Below, in pieces: positions 37,521 to 47,077 of a stretch of 64,000 bases of DNA. The position numbers and the translations under genes are program-made. This DNA comes from a virus. The notes under the pieces are model-generated. The model ran no database searches and was not told the origin of the DNA. It saw nothing but the letters and a program-made list of their open reading frames with translations. Each line of letters begins with the position of its first letter. The first letter of the stretch is position 1. The stretch lies in the IMG/VR virus record IMGVR_UViG_3300042343_000347; one strand, written 5' to 3'.

Positions 37521-39280
37521 TTGTATTGTGCCTCCACCATTTTATTATAAGTATCTGTGTTACCCTTTTCTAAAAAGTACATGCTACGCTTGTTGTCAGA
37601 AGGCACTTGATTTTTGTATATCTCTTTAGGTGCATAGAAAGATGTATCTCTCAATGCAAGTTGTAGATATGAATTATATCCTATAGGTTGCATCATCATT
37701 CTGTCTAAACTGATGCCCATAGACAATTCATTGTTTTGTGCATTTTTGTTTAATGGATTTTCTTTTTGCTCTGTGCTAGAACTATTATTAGTTTTTGTGT
37801 TGTTCTCTATGATTTCAGTCAATGGGTTAGCACGATTAGTTAAAAAATTGTTAGTGAATAAAACGTTCTCTACTTCTGCACTACGCAATCCAGTCATAGT
37901 AGTTGTTTGCACACTAGATGTTGATTGTGTAACTACCGGCTGTATCGATATCATAGATACCTGTGTGTCTATTGATTGTGCAGATTGATTGTTGTTTGAA
38001 ACATTCTGTTGCACACTTGCATTATTACCCATCATGACTTGGTTATTAACTGCACCAAGATTTTGCTGAGTGTTAGATGCTAAAGGTATACCCTGAGCAA
38101 ATGAAGAACTTTGCACATTACTTTGTTGTGTTATACTAACTTGTTGCGTGGCTGCTTGTATGCTTGCATTAGACGATGTATTTGCTACTGACATAGCAGT
38201 TTGTTCTGTGGCTCGCACAGCAGATTGTGCTACATCATTAGCGGCTTGTACAGCAGTTGTAGCAATCGCTTGTTCTTTCTTTTCATTGTTCTTGATCATA
38301 GTCAGTATTGATGAAAGACTTGGTCCACCGGAAGTAGAACTACCTTGTTGTGGTGCAGAACCTGAACTTGCTACATTGTTTGATGAGCCAGGAGGAGGTT
38401 GTGATCCTGGTGGCGGCTGTGATCCAGACGGAGCCGGCTGTGATGATCCACTTGGTGGTGGCTGACTAGTAGATGCTGTAGTTGTAGTCGTACTGCCGGG
38501 TGGAGGAGGCTCAGAGCCAGGTGGGGGAGGTGAACTATATGCAATCTGTTGTTCTTGCTGTTTGGGTTCTGACTCCGGAGGCGGCTTGCTAAATGTATCT
38601 GCTATCTCTATAGGACTAGATGTTCCTGTGTTAGTTGTAGTTGTTGTAGGTGTAGGTGATGTTGATGTTTGCTTAACGCTATAATTCAATGATAAAGATA
38701 TATCTCGTACCCTAGGACCATAATAACCACTCCAAAAATTCATGTCACTACCCGTCCATGATATAGAAATGTCACCTAAAGAATTTAGTTGATATGGACT
38801 ACTAAAAGTTTCAGTGCCTGTAAAGGTCTGAAAGGTAGCACCGGTATTTGTCAAACTATAATCATAGTTGTAGTATTCTAAAACTTTTCCTGTATTATTT
38901 GTAAGACTGCCATATACGTTTAATGAACCTCTAGTTCCAGAAGGATTATTTAAATCATTATATATCTTCCAAGAGTAATTAAAACCACCTACACTTATAC
39001 CTTGTCCGCTCAATACTGAATTGATCGCTATTATCTGACTTACTGTATACGGCATGTAACTAAAACGAATCGTATTAGTATCAGTGTTGAATGCTGGAGA
39101 AGGACCGCCACCAGTACCCTCTACTTGACCTAATTGAGTAGCATTCATGTAAATAACATTACCCCATTGTGTGGGATCCACCAAATTTGGTGTAGTCTGT
39201 ACACTACCTGTATTGGTGTTTATGTTTTGCGCACAGACTACGTTACTAACTAGCAACAATAAGGCTAAGAGTTTTTTCAT
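37517..39280 (-). CDS. secreted protein with beta-rich N-domain and Pro/Ser/Gln-rich linker
   Basis: signal peptide MKKLLALLLLVSNVVCA; QPPPGS repeats. Confidence 0.75.
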   Translation of the reverse strand: MKKLLALLLLVSNVVCAQNINTNTGSVQTTPNLVDPTQWGNVIYMNATQLGQVEGTGGGPSPAFNTDTNTIRFSYMPYTVSQIIAINSVLSGQGISVGGFNYSWKIYNDLNNPSGTRGSLNVYGSLTNNTGKVLEYYNYDYSLTNTGATFQTFTGTETFSSPYQLNSLGDISISWTGSDMNFWSGYYGPRVRDISLSLNYSVKQTSTSPTPTTTTTNTGTSSPIEIADTFSKPPPESEPKQQEQQIAYSSPPPPGSEPPPPGSTTTTTASTSQPPPSGSSQPAPSGSQPPPGSQPPPGSSNNVASSGSAPQQGSSTSGGPSLSSILTMIKNNEKKEQAIATTAVQAANDVAQSAVRATEQTAMSVANTSSNASIQAATQQVSITQQSNVQSSSFAQGIPLASNTQQNLGAVNNQVMMGNNASVQQNVSNNNQSAQSIDTQVSMISIQPVVTQSTSSVQTTTMTGLRSAEVENVLFTNNFLTNRANPLTEIIENNTKTNNSSSTEQKENPLNKNAQNNELSMGISLDRMMMQPIGYNSYLQLALRDTSFYAPKEIYKNQVPSDNKRSMYFLEKGNTDTYNKMVEAQYK

Positions 39281-40431
39281 TACTCAAACCAGCCCTTACT
39301 CTTACCTTTAGGTACCTTTTTAGGATTTGCTTCCCACGATACTTTTGCTTCTTCACCGATCTTACCTTCATATGGACAAGGAGTTCCGGCTGCCATCATA
39401 GCATCAAATACACGACGGTCTTGACACATAGCCGCTACAGCCGCTACTTTCATGCCCATGTCGTATAATGTCTTGGATAACTTTAAGCGTTCGCAATTCT
39501 CATCACGTAATGTAGAACCAAAACTTATACCAAGAATCTGTGTCTGTGCCGCACCTGAAACACCCGTTGTACATAAGTCAGCATTACCACCTGACAACAT
39601 TGCAGGAGCAATCGCTGTTGGTGGAGGTTGAATGACTTTCTGTGTGACAGTTGTTTCATTGATGTTGCGATTAGTCATCTCGCCTTGTTGTATGTTGACG
39701 TTTGTGTTACTGCTAACGTTGTTATTTGTATTAACATTGTTAGATGTTGAAGTGCTACTGTTGATGTTTCTGTTAGTCATATCACCGGTATTAACGTTAG
39801 TATTGACGTTATTATTAGTGCTTGTGCTAGTAGAAACATTGTTGTTATTATTGGTAACACTACCGCTCATCACATTGTTATTAGTATTAACAGATGTGCT
39901 AGCATTGTTATTATTGTACGTCATAGTACCACTATTGATGTTATTGTTGGTATTGACGGATGTGCTAGCATTGTTATTGTTATAAGTCATAGTACCGCTG
40001 TTGACATTATTGTTATTATATGTCATAGTACCGGTATTAACATTGTTATTGTTATTAGTCATCGTACCATTGTTGGTATTTTGATTGATGTTAGTAACAG
40101 TACCACTTTGAATGTTATTGTTTGTATTAACATTCGTTGATGTACTTGTGTTATTGTTATTATTGTTACTATTAACCGTACTAATGCTAGTACTATTATT
40201 ATTAGTAGTAGTCATGTTTGTAGTGTTAACACTACTGGTACTATTACTTGTGCTATTCGTATCAACTAAAGAGGTAGTTGTATAACCTCCTTGGTTGATA
40301 GGAGTAGTGGTACTAGTTGTCGTGCCACCACTAGTAGCCTGAGTGCTTGTATTTGTTGTGGTTTGTGCATATGCCGGAACGCTGCCTATAAAGGCAGCGA
40401 TTGTGGCCAACACAAGGATCTTTTTTATCAT
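39280..40431 (-). CDS. secreted Asn/Thr-repeat protein with Cys-rich C-terminal domain
   Basis: signal peptide ending AYA; (N)SGTMTYNNNN repeats; C-domain LCTTG..NCERLK..MCQD..TPCP. Confidence 0.8.
   Translation of the reverse strand: MIKKILVLATIAAFIGSVPAYAQTTTNTSTQATSGGTTTSTTTPINQGGYTTTSLVDTNSTSNSTSSVNTTNMTTTNNNSTSISTVNSNNNNNNTSTSTNVNTNNNIQSGTVTNINQNTNNGTMTNNNNNVNTGTMTYNNNNVNSGTMTYNNNNASTSVNTNNNINSGTMTYNNNNASTSVNTNNNVMSGSVTNNNNNVSTSTSTNNNVNTNVNTGDMTNRNINSSTSTSNNVNTNNNVSSNTNVNIQQGEMTNRNINETTVTQKVIQPPPTAIAPAMLSGGNADLCTTGVSGAAQTQILGISFGSTLRDENCERLKLSKTLYDMGMKVAAVAAMCQDRRVFDAMMAAGTPCPYEGKIGEEAKVSWEANPKKVPKGKSKGWFE
39760..40140 (-). repeat. imperfect coding tandem repeats (GTMTxNNNN units)
   Basis: recurring gtcatagtacc / ttgttattgtt blocks. 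Confidence 0.7.
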
Positions 40432-40447
40432 TTTTATTGTTCCCTGT

Positions 40448-40488
40448 ATAAGCCGAAGAGGTTTTACCTCTCGGTATGCTTATATTTA
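40448..40488 (-). promoter_or_regulatory. TAAATA promoter-like motif followed by long 5' hairpin
   Basis: TAAATA-TAAGCATACCGAGAGGT AAA ACCTCTTCGGCTTAT. Confidence 0.55.
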
Positions 40489-40518
40489 TGCGGAAACAGT
40501 GTAAAAAAGACTCAGCAG

Positions 40519-40710
40519 TTAACGGCGGCGATTGCTAGCGAGGGTTATCAACTTCTGCATGTTGTCAAACAAATCAGGATCTAAACTATATAGGTCTTGC
40601 ACCCACTGTTTTAAATCTATTTTTCTTAAATTGCGGCGTATGTCTGCCGCCTCACGATCATAGATGTCTAAGTCATCCCATTCGTTTTTTGGTTTATCAT
40701 GATCGTGCAT
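40519..40710 (-). CDS. hypothetical protein
   Basis: probable start MHDHDK. Confidence 0.55.
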   Translation of the reverse strand: MHDHDKPKNEWDDLDIYDREAADIRRNLRKIDLKQWVQDLYSLDPDLFDNMQKLITLASNRRR

Positions 40711-40894
40711 CCAAGAACTCCAACTGTCCGTCATTGAATATATGTAGCATGCCGGGATAGTCAGCAAACTCAAACACATATCTAATATCACCGCGAGTAG
40801 TAATCGCAGTACCTACAATCACACCGGCTGCCTGATATGTGCCACCTACTTTTTGTACCTTGTCACCTATTTTAAATTTAAAATCAGTTGTCAT
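40697..40894 (-). CDS. small SH3-like hypothetical protein
   Basis: FKIGDKVQKVGG.Y...GVIVG...RYVFE...LHIF. Confidence 0.6.
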   Translation of the reverse strand: MTTDFKFKIGDKVQKVGGTYQAAGVIVGTAITTRGDIRYVFEFADYPGMLHIFNDGQLEFLDARS

Positions 40895-41124
40895 ACGTAA
40901 TCCTTTAGTCCAAAATGTGCGCGAATCTTATCACCGTAACTTTTATAGGGATAACTGCTATCTTGTTCAGCAATCTTTGCACACTCTTCAATAATATTTT
41001 CAGCGAACCTTTGTAATCTCTCTGAGTTCACTTCGGGGTAAGTGCTACCGCCGGTCTGTAAAGCAATCTCATAGACCTTGTTGGTCATGCCTTTTGGTTT
41101 GTGTCTGTTGTAATCGTAGTTCAT
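40891..41124 (-). CDS. hypothetical protein
   Basis: RFAENIIEECAKI...IRAHFG motif common in phage ORFs. Confidence 0.65.
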   Translation of the reverse strand: MNYDYNRHKPKGMTNKVYEIALQTGGSTYPEVNSERLQRFAENIIEECAKIAEQDSSYPYKSYGDKIRAHFGLKDYV

Positions 41125-41130
41125 GATACT

Positions 41131-41158
41131 ATTTTATCATGAATATTGAAAATGTCAA
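41131..41158 (-). promoter_or_regulatory. sigma70-type promoter
   Basis: TTGACA-16 nt-TAAAAT with extended TG. Confidence 0.55.
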
Positions 41159-41162
41159 TATT

Positions 41163-41618
41163 TTATTTGCACCAACTCTGCTTTGCTTCACCATAATACT
41201 CACGGGCATAACCCTTATTGATGAGTAACATGCGTAAACTCTGGCCATCGATGATGACATCGCCCAATACACGACCACCATACTTGTCCCAATCCATTAG
41301 TACAATTTGTAGTTTCTGTGCTTTGGATATGCTATCTTTAGTGAAGTTAGTAGCAGCCTTGCCCAATAAATCTTCGCTCTGACATTGTGCGCGGTGTCCC
41401 TTCTCAGGAGTATCGACACCGAATACACGAATACTAAGTTCTTTCTTTAGTGGATCTGGTAAGAAGGGTGCTTGGAAAGCAACAGTATCACCGTCTATCA
41501 CACGCAAGATAGTTGCGTCATAAGTTACACCGGGCTTTTGTTTTTGAGCAAAGGCATCAGTAACACTTAGTGCAAGTGTTACAGATAATAAAAAACCTAC
41601 GATCTTACTTGTCATCAT
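41163..41618 (-). CDS. thermonuclease (staphylococcal nuclease-like), signal peptide
   Basis: RVIDGDTV, IRVFGVDTPE, DKYGGRVLG, KGYA. Confidence 0.9.
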   Translation of the reverse strand: MMTSKIVGFLLSVTLALSVTDAFAQKQKPGVTYDATILRVIDGDTVAFQAPFLPDPLKKELSIRVFGVDTPEKGHRAQCQSEDLLGKAATNFTKDSISKAQKLQIVLMDWDKYGGRVLGDVIIDGQSLRMLLINKGYAREYYGEAKQSWCK

Positions 41619-41991
41619 AGTCACCGGCGAATCCTGACATATAACGATCACCCTTAATCTTCATGTCTGGTTTAGCGGCTGCTTGTGCATTGATAACTGA
41701 CATCAATCCTTCTAGGCTCTCTATCGCCTTATTCTGCATCATCTCTTTTTCTTGAGGCTTAGCGGTCATGTATTTCTTAACGAATGTAACAATATCCGGA
41801 ATATCAAGCATATGCTTGCTACCATCTTTGAATCTAAATTCGTAATTACCGTCTGTGTCTACGGCTTTGCGCATCTGCATTAGTATGTGAGGAATCTTAT
41901 CTAGATCAGCATCCTGCGCAGGGGCATCGTCTTCATCGTCCCAGTCGTTTTGGGGACGCTTTTTCGCTTCAATAACTTCAAAAATCTTCAT
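41605..41991 (-). CDS. hypothetical late protein
   Basis: MKIFEVIE leader; TAAATA upstream. Confidence 0.7.
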   Translation of the reverse strand: MKIFEVIEAKKRPQNDWDDEDDAPAQDADLDKIPHILMQMRKAVDTDGNYEFRFKDGSKHMLDIPDIVTFVKKYMTAKPQEKEMMQNKAIESLEGLMSVINAQAAAKPDMKIKGDRYMSGFAGDYDDK

Positions 41992-42051
41992 GTCTAATCC
42001 TCACAATAGTATTATGTATTTATCAAGCCACTAATTATAACATGGATCTTG

Positions 42052-42876
42052 TTACTTCAACTTAGTTTTGGTAACCTTCTGTAATAGTGCCCAGGCCTCT
42101 TCTTCTTTTCCGGCTGCTATGAGTTTCTTCATCAAAGCCCATAATTCAGGGCTAGCGATTTGCTTGAATTTTATCATTTCCATGGCCCCTAGATTACCCA
42201 CATATGACGCTTCATTTGTTTTTTTCTGGCTTCCGATCCATTCTTTTGCGGCAGGTCTTGTTGGAGGTTCTGCGACAAATTGCTTTAGTCTACTATATGT
42301 TTTGTTGATCTGTTCCTCTGTCGCTTCTCTATCGCCGCTGTTGTCGATAATGCTTAGAAATTTAAATATATTAGCAAAACGACCTATATTGTCCTGAACA
42401 TCATACCAACTATTAGTCACTATTTTATCAGGAACAGTTCTTGATCTCATTTGATTGCGTTGTCTTGCTACGTCAAGTTTGGTGTTCACTACCACTAGAT
42501 AACAATCATATCCTAGTTGTTCAAAATTCTTTTTAAGATTGGCAATCTTATCATAATCATCGCCGGTACCGTCTATATGAATACCTAGTCTACCCTCAAG
42601 TGCAAGATCACTTTTTTTGCTTGTGATCTGTTTGGCTCTTGCTCGTACTGTGTCACGCTTTTCTTTTTCTTCAGGGGGCATCTTGGGATCGATGTCGTGT
42701 TTCTTCATCATGTATTCGAATGCTACGTCACTATTGATTGTGACCAAACCCATAGCATTCAGTCCTAAACGGTCTGATACATAACTCTTGCCGCTGCCAG
42801 GGCCACCGATAACAAATACTACCTTAAAGATAGCAGGGTCGTTGATACCTTCTTGTACGAATTCACTTGCTCTCAT
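42052..42876 (-). CDS. P-loop kinase (AAA_33 / zeta-toxin-like)
   Basis: GGPGSGKS Walker A, INSD, IDGTG, RNQMRSRTVP. Confidence 0.8.
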   Translation of the reverse strand: MRASEFVQEGINDPAIFKVVFVIGGPGSGKSYVSDRLGLNAMGLVTINSDVAFEYMMKKHDIDPKMPPEEKEKRDTVRARAKQITSKKSDLALEGRLGIHIDGTGDDYDKIANLKKNFEQLGYDCYLVVVNTKLDVARQRNQMRSRTVPDKIVTNSWYDVQDNIGRFANIFKFLSIIDNSGDREATEEQINKTYSRLKQFVAEPPTRPAAKEWIGSQKKTNEASYVGNLGAMEMIKFKQIASPELWALMKKLIAAGKEEEAWALLQKVTKTKLK

Positions 42877-43451
42877 TTCACACCTATCTTCATATATCTT
42901 GTGTAACTTGTTTCTGGATCTGTAAAATCTTTACTACCTAAATAATTTACTTTACGCATTGGAAATAAATCTGTAAATTGTTCTAGGTCTGCTATTTTTG
43001 TTACTGCCCCGCTTGCTTGGTCTCTTCCTTGAACTATCACTCTATATCCATCTGGTACTACATTATACCAAGTGGACTTCATGTCATTGACACTAGTATT
43101 GATTATGATTCCGGGCTTGTCATATATCACATCTCTAGCATCAGTATTTAAAAATATCAACTTCCCCGGTTTAAAAAATGGTTTCAGCAACTCGTGGCTA
43201 GTTTCAAGTTTATCTTCGTCATTTTCTACTAATACGATATGATCAAATATCACACCTTCTTTTTGCAATAACATAGCAAGGTTACCATACCAACTACCTA
43301 ATATATAGATAGTTCTAGCGCATTTCCCGCCTAATCCTTCTTTTAATTTTTTGCATAACCAAGTCTTGCTTTGTATAAGATCATCCGTGAAGCTACCTTC
43401 CAGTGTGTCCGGGCTTGATTCTTCTATTTCTGCAAATTCTACGATACGCAT
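42873..43451 (-). CDS. Rossmann methyltransferase-like protein
   Basis: SKTWL, YILGSWYGN, VEND, IINTS, RYMKIG. Confidence 0.6.
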   Translation of the reverse strand: MRIVEFAEIEESSPDTLEGSFTDDLIQSKTWLCKKLKEGLGGKCARTIYILGSWYGNLAMLLQKEGVIFDHIVLVENDEDKLETSHELLKPFFKPGKLIFLNTDARDVIYDKPGIIINTSVNDMKSTWYNVVPDGYRVIVQGRDQASGAVTKIADLEQFTDLFPMRKVNYLGSKDFTDPETSYTRYMKIGVK

Positions 43452-43466
43452 TATATTATTTATCTA

Positions 43467-44102
43467 CTACTCCCTGATCGCAAGGTCTATAAAACGCTGT
43501 TCATATCTGCTAAAATTAGACCAAATCTCTATTATGCTATCAGGGATCACGGGTAATTCTTCATACTTGAACAGTCTAGTGATGAATTGATAACGCCTGT
43601 CATACTTGATCTTGGGGTTGGGTATATACCAACTAGGGGGAAGGTGATCAAAATAGTTATTTAAATTCCCATGGTCGACTGGTACCGGTAGTTGATAGCC
43701 CTTGAAAGTCAGAATGCTTTCATTGTCTTTCTTTATCTTTAGTGAAGTTCTGTTTAAAGATATGTTGTCGTGTTTTTTATAGATTAACTTACAGTGATTG
43801 TCACCACCACGCCAAGCCATCGTGTTCTCTATCAAATCATCAATGTCTATGCCGACATCGTGAAGTAATATTTTAATTATTCTATAGTCATCTACATCAA
43901 TGGATGCAGTACCGCTCAGATAGTGATTTAGTATTATAGAGCAGTCATTGTTTAGATTTGTTGCAGGAAAATTCTTTAAATAACCATCATAAGAAAATAC
44001 ATGATTAGTGAATTTGCCGAATCTAACCGGCATCGCGTTTATCTTATAGCCGTATTCTTCAAATAATAGTCCGGCTTCTCGCACATCATCCGGAAAGTTC
44101 AT
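43467..44102 (-). CDS. hypothetical protein, possible prim-pol N-terminal-like domain
   Basis: SIDVDD (DxD), GGDNH, LPPS. Confidence 0.35.
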   Translation of the reverse strand: MNFPDDVREAGLLFEEYGYKINAMPVRFGKFTNHVFSYDGYLKNFPATNLNNDCSIILNHYLSGTASIDVDDYRIIKILLHDVGIDIDDLIENTMAWRGGDNHCKLIYKKHDNISLNRTSLKIKKDNESILTFKGYQLPVPVDHGNLNNYFDHLPPSWYIPNPKIKYDRRYQFITRLFKYEELPVIPDSIIEIWSNFSRYEQRFIDLAIRE

Positions 44103-44106
44103 GCAA

Positions 44107-44547
44107 TTATGCGCGTTCTTTCTTTAGTATGCTCTTGATCATCCAAGCATGTTTAGCATGTGCATCCATGCGTTCTGCGATATAGTTCTCTATACCATAA
44201 TTGTTTTCATTTTTAGCGTGACTCATGCATTCACCTAAACAATGTAACACTAATTCATTATCATGTAACAACTCTGCAAACATTAGTTCTGCTCTTGGGA
44301 TCATGGTCTGACCTTTGATATCGCTCAATTCAACAAAACGTTCCATGCTTCCTGGAGTATAACTATCAAGTGTTCTGATATATTCAGCAGTCTTATCTAA
44401 TGATGCATATACTTCAGCGTATAAATTACCGAAGAAATCGTGATACTGAGGGAAGTTTGGGCCCTCAACGTTCCAGTGGAACTGTTGCGCTTTGATCACA
44501 AACGCATAACTATTTGCTAATAAATGTTTTAAACTATCTGCTAACAT
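44107..44547 (-). CDS. dps: Dps / ferritin-like protein
   Basis: FHWNVEGPNFPQYH, DKTAEYIR, HAKHAWM. Confidence 0.92.
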   Translation of the reverse strand: MLADSLKHLLANSYAFVIKAQQFHWNVEGPNFPQYHDFFGNLYAEVYASLDKTAEYIRTLDSYTPGSMERFVELSDIKGQTMIPRAELMFAELLHDNELVLHCLGECMSHAKNENNYGIENYIAERMDAHAKHAWMIKSILKKERA

Positions 44548-44553
44548 ATTCTT

Positions 44554-44694
44554 TTACCTTTTACAAATCTCGTCACTTACTCTAGTCTTATATATCTCAG
44601 GAAATATTCCATGTATCAATAGTATGATCGCCCATCTCCAGGCTCTATATAAATGTTGAAAATATCCTATGTTATTTTCCTTTAAGTGACTCAT
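44554..44694 (-). CDS. small DUF6356-like protein (46 aa, not in ORF track)
   Basis: manual translation MSHLKENNIGYFQHLYRAWRWAIILLIHGIFP... Confidence 0.55.
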   Translation of the reverse strand: MSHLKENNIGYFQHLYRAWRWAIILLIHGIFPEIYKTRVSDEICKR

Positions 44695-45292
44695 TTCTTT
44701 TTACTTCGTTTTGCAAACCTTTCATTATAGAACTTTCTTTAGTAGGCTTGTCAAATTCTTTTTTAGTAGCACGAACTATACCGCTGAAACGTTTGTTGCC
44801 GCGTTCGAAATCACCTTCTTTGTCTGCTTTACTTGCATCAGCGCCTGCGGCTTTTTTATATCTTGCTAATGTTTCAGGACTTAATTCATCAAGTTGTTCT
44901 TTATCTGTGCCTGCTGATTTAGGTGTGAACTTGCGATAACTCTGACCCATGCCGCCCGGTGTGTTAATTTTTTCACCTAATGGTTTTTCGATTACTTTTT
45001 CCATTGGGCTCTTTTCGATTCCTAGTCCTGAACCACCAGTAATACCTGCGCTATAACCTTCTTCTACAGATTTAGCCTTCATCGCTTTGCTCAATGCAAA
45101 CAATGCATTATAGAATTGCTCTGTCTTATATGCAGCCTTGATGAATTCTTCGCTCTGTATCATATCATTGAAATCTTTTGCAAGTTCTTTAACATGGCGC
45201 TTTAACATTTCTAATGGAACAGTGCCGTAACCAGGTACATTTACCTGGAAATCATTTTGCTCATTCTGTAATCCTTTTATGATACTACTCAT
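44672..45292 (-). CDS. modular hypothetical late protein
   Basis: segments delimited by xxE; ELSPETLARYKKAA module; SSI(I/M)KGLQNE repeated at both ends. Confidence 0.65.
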   Translation of the reverse strand: MSSIIKGLQNEQNDFQVNVPGYGTVPLEMLKRHVKELAKDFNDMIQSEEFIKAAYKTEQFYNALFALSKAMKAKSVEEGYSAGITGGSGLGIEKSPMEKVIEKPLGEKINTPGGMGQSYRKFTPKSAGTDKEQLDELSPETLARYKKAAGADASKADKEGDFERGNKRFSGIVRATKKEFDKPTKESSIMKGLQNEVKRNESLKGK

Positions 45293-45849
45293 TATTTGTC
45301 TCTCTTACTCTTAGTTGCTACATTCTTTGCTTTACCGCTACGCTCTGGATTAGGATCTTCTCTACGCTTACGTGCTGCCGCGCTTGCACGACCCTTCTTG
45401 CCTAGGCTATGTGCTTTGCTTTGTGGCAAGCACTTGGGCTTACCCTCACTACTACTACCTCTAGCACATGAGCCACGAATCTTTCCATCTGGGCCGAAAC
45501 GAACCCACTTCTCTTTAAACCACTTGCGTAAATCTTCTTCTAGTTCTTGTTCACTTAGTTTCTTTTCTAAGCCTTGAACATTTGTATTCTTGTCTGGTTC
45601 TGGTGCTAAACGCTTTTTAGCATCAGGCATAAACTTGTCTATAGTCTTTAGTGTTAACGGACCTAACACGCCATCAACATCTAAGTTAGCATTGAACTTA
45701 TCGTTTAAGAAATTTTGAATCTTACGTACACGCTCATCGCTTATCTGATCTTCGCTGACCTTTTTGCAACTACCAGGTGTGTTGGCTTTGGTACCTGGCA
45801 CACGCCTGTAACCTTTCCAACATGCTTCTAGTATTTGACGATATCTCAT
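45292..45849 (-). CDS. modular late protein with peptidoglycan-binding-like segment
   Basis: EACWKGYRRV module, IQNFLN...LDVDGVLGPLT, EEDLRKWFKEKWV module. Confidence 0.65.
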   Translation of the reverse strand: MRYRQILEACWKGYRRVPGTKANTPGSCKKVSEDQISDERVRKIQNFLNDKFNANLDVDGVLGPLTLKTIDKFMPDAKKRLAPEPDKNTNVQGLEKKLSEQELEEDLRKWFKEKWVRFGPDGKIRGSCARGSSSEGKPKCLPQSKAHSLGKKGRASAAARKRREDPNPERSGKAKNVATKSKRDK

Positions 45850-47006
45850 TTCTTGCTACTATTGCCCCAATTGCTTGCGCCAACTTTACGGCACTTGACT
45901 AATGCACCTGATGCATAAGCACTAGGCCATACTTTATAACGGCTCTTGACTTTATTGTAACATGCGTCTTTTTCTTCGTCAACTTGATCTTCCGCTACAC
46001 CTTGCTGTTGGTTAGAATTGCTAAACAACGAATCGATTACTTTTTTGCCACCATATAATATGGCCAACACAATACCAGCAGGGATAGCAAATTTAAAAGC
46101 CACCTGGGCTAGTTCCATGATTGTTTTTTCTTCCAGTGCTGTGCCCACTTTGGCAGTTATGGCCTTGGCAATGTCAGCCGCAGAAGATCCAATTTCGTAG
46201 GCACCTAGTCCAACCCCAATTTTATCTGCATTCTTGGCTGCAATCTCTGCACCAGATTTAGCAACTGGTGCGGCCGCTTTCGCTGTAGCCTTACCTGTAT
46301 TTTTAAGAACTTGTGCAATTTTAGGTGCCATTGTAATTACTAATCTAGCACCTGCAGCCAATATCGGCGCAAGTTCATTTAATTGTTCTTCTTTGGTTAG
46401 TTCACGGCCAATGATTCCGCCGCCGGTACCACCTACTGCACCGCCGATAATTCCACCAATTGGGCCTCCAACTGCGCTACCTGCCACATGGCCAGCAATT
46501 CCTCCAATAGTACCGCCTGCTAATTCACCTTTCCAGCCTTCTTCAAAATTGCTCATGCCACCGGCGATAACACCGCCCTCTTGCATATATGTTTTGTGTT
46601 CTAGATATTCACGAACTGTGTTTAGATAGTCACTGGCTTTGATGATTTTCTCTTGTACCCAACCCTCTAGACCCTCGTCTTCTGAAACCTGATGTATCAT
46701 CTTATAGATTTCTTTAGCATTCTGTGCCGCATGGAATAAGTCGCTACGTGCCATCTCTACTTCGTGATCTCTACGATCCTGATCTTTAGGTATGAATCCG
46801 GGCTTTAATTTCTTCCCTTGTCCGGGGACTAGTATAAGGTCTGCTTCATTGACTTCTGCTTCACTGACTTCAGACTCATAGAATTTCTTCTTGGTCTTCT
46901 TACCCTTGAATAGTGTGCCCTCACGCTTCTGAGTGCCACCCATGGGCATCGCAACGCTTGCTACTGACCCTGATGTTGTGCTTTCATAAATGTCTTTGAT
47001 TTTCAT
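45846..47006 (-). CDS. modular late protein with glycine-zipper segment
   Basis: MKIKDIYE leader; LEGWVQEKI module; GxxxG zipper; KDACYNKVKSRYKVWPSAYASG module. Confidence 0.65.
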   Translation of the reverse strand: MKIKDIYESTTSGSVASVAMPMGGTQKREGTLFKGKKTKKKFYESEVSEAEVNEADLILVPGQGKKLKPGFIPKDQDRRDHEVEMARSDLFHAAQNAKEIYKMIHQVSEDEGLEGWVQEKIIKASDYLNTVREYLEHKTYMQEGGVIAGGMSNFEEGWKGELAGGTIGGIAGHVAGSAVGGPIGGIIGGAVGGTGGGIIGRELTKEEQLNELAPILAAGARLVITMAPKIAQVLKNTGKATAKAAAPVAKSGAEIAAKNADKIGVGLGAYEIGSSAADIAKAITAKVGTALEEKTIMELAQVAFKFAIPAGIVLAILYGGKKVIDSLFSNSNQQQGVAEDQVDEEKDACYNKVKSRYKVWPSAYASGALVKCRKVGASNWGNSSKK

Positions 47007-47077
47007 GACTTAATTCCGTAATAATATAGTATTTATCTATTTGTCCATGTACTGACTAATAGATTATAAATAGACTT

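Noticed and set aside
39760-40140. Repeats as a CRISPR array or DGR template/variable repeat
   Set aside because: In-frame coding repeats with synonymous variation, no unique spacers, and no cas or reverse transcriptase in the window
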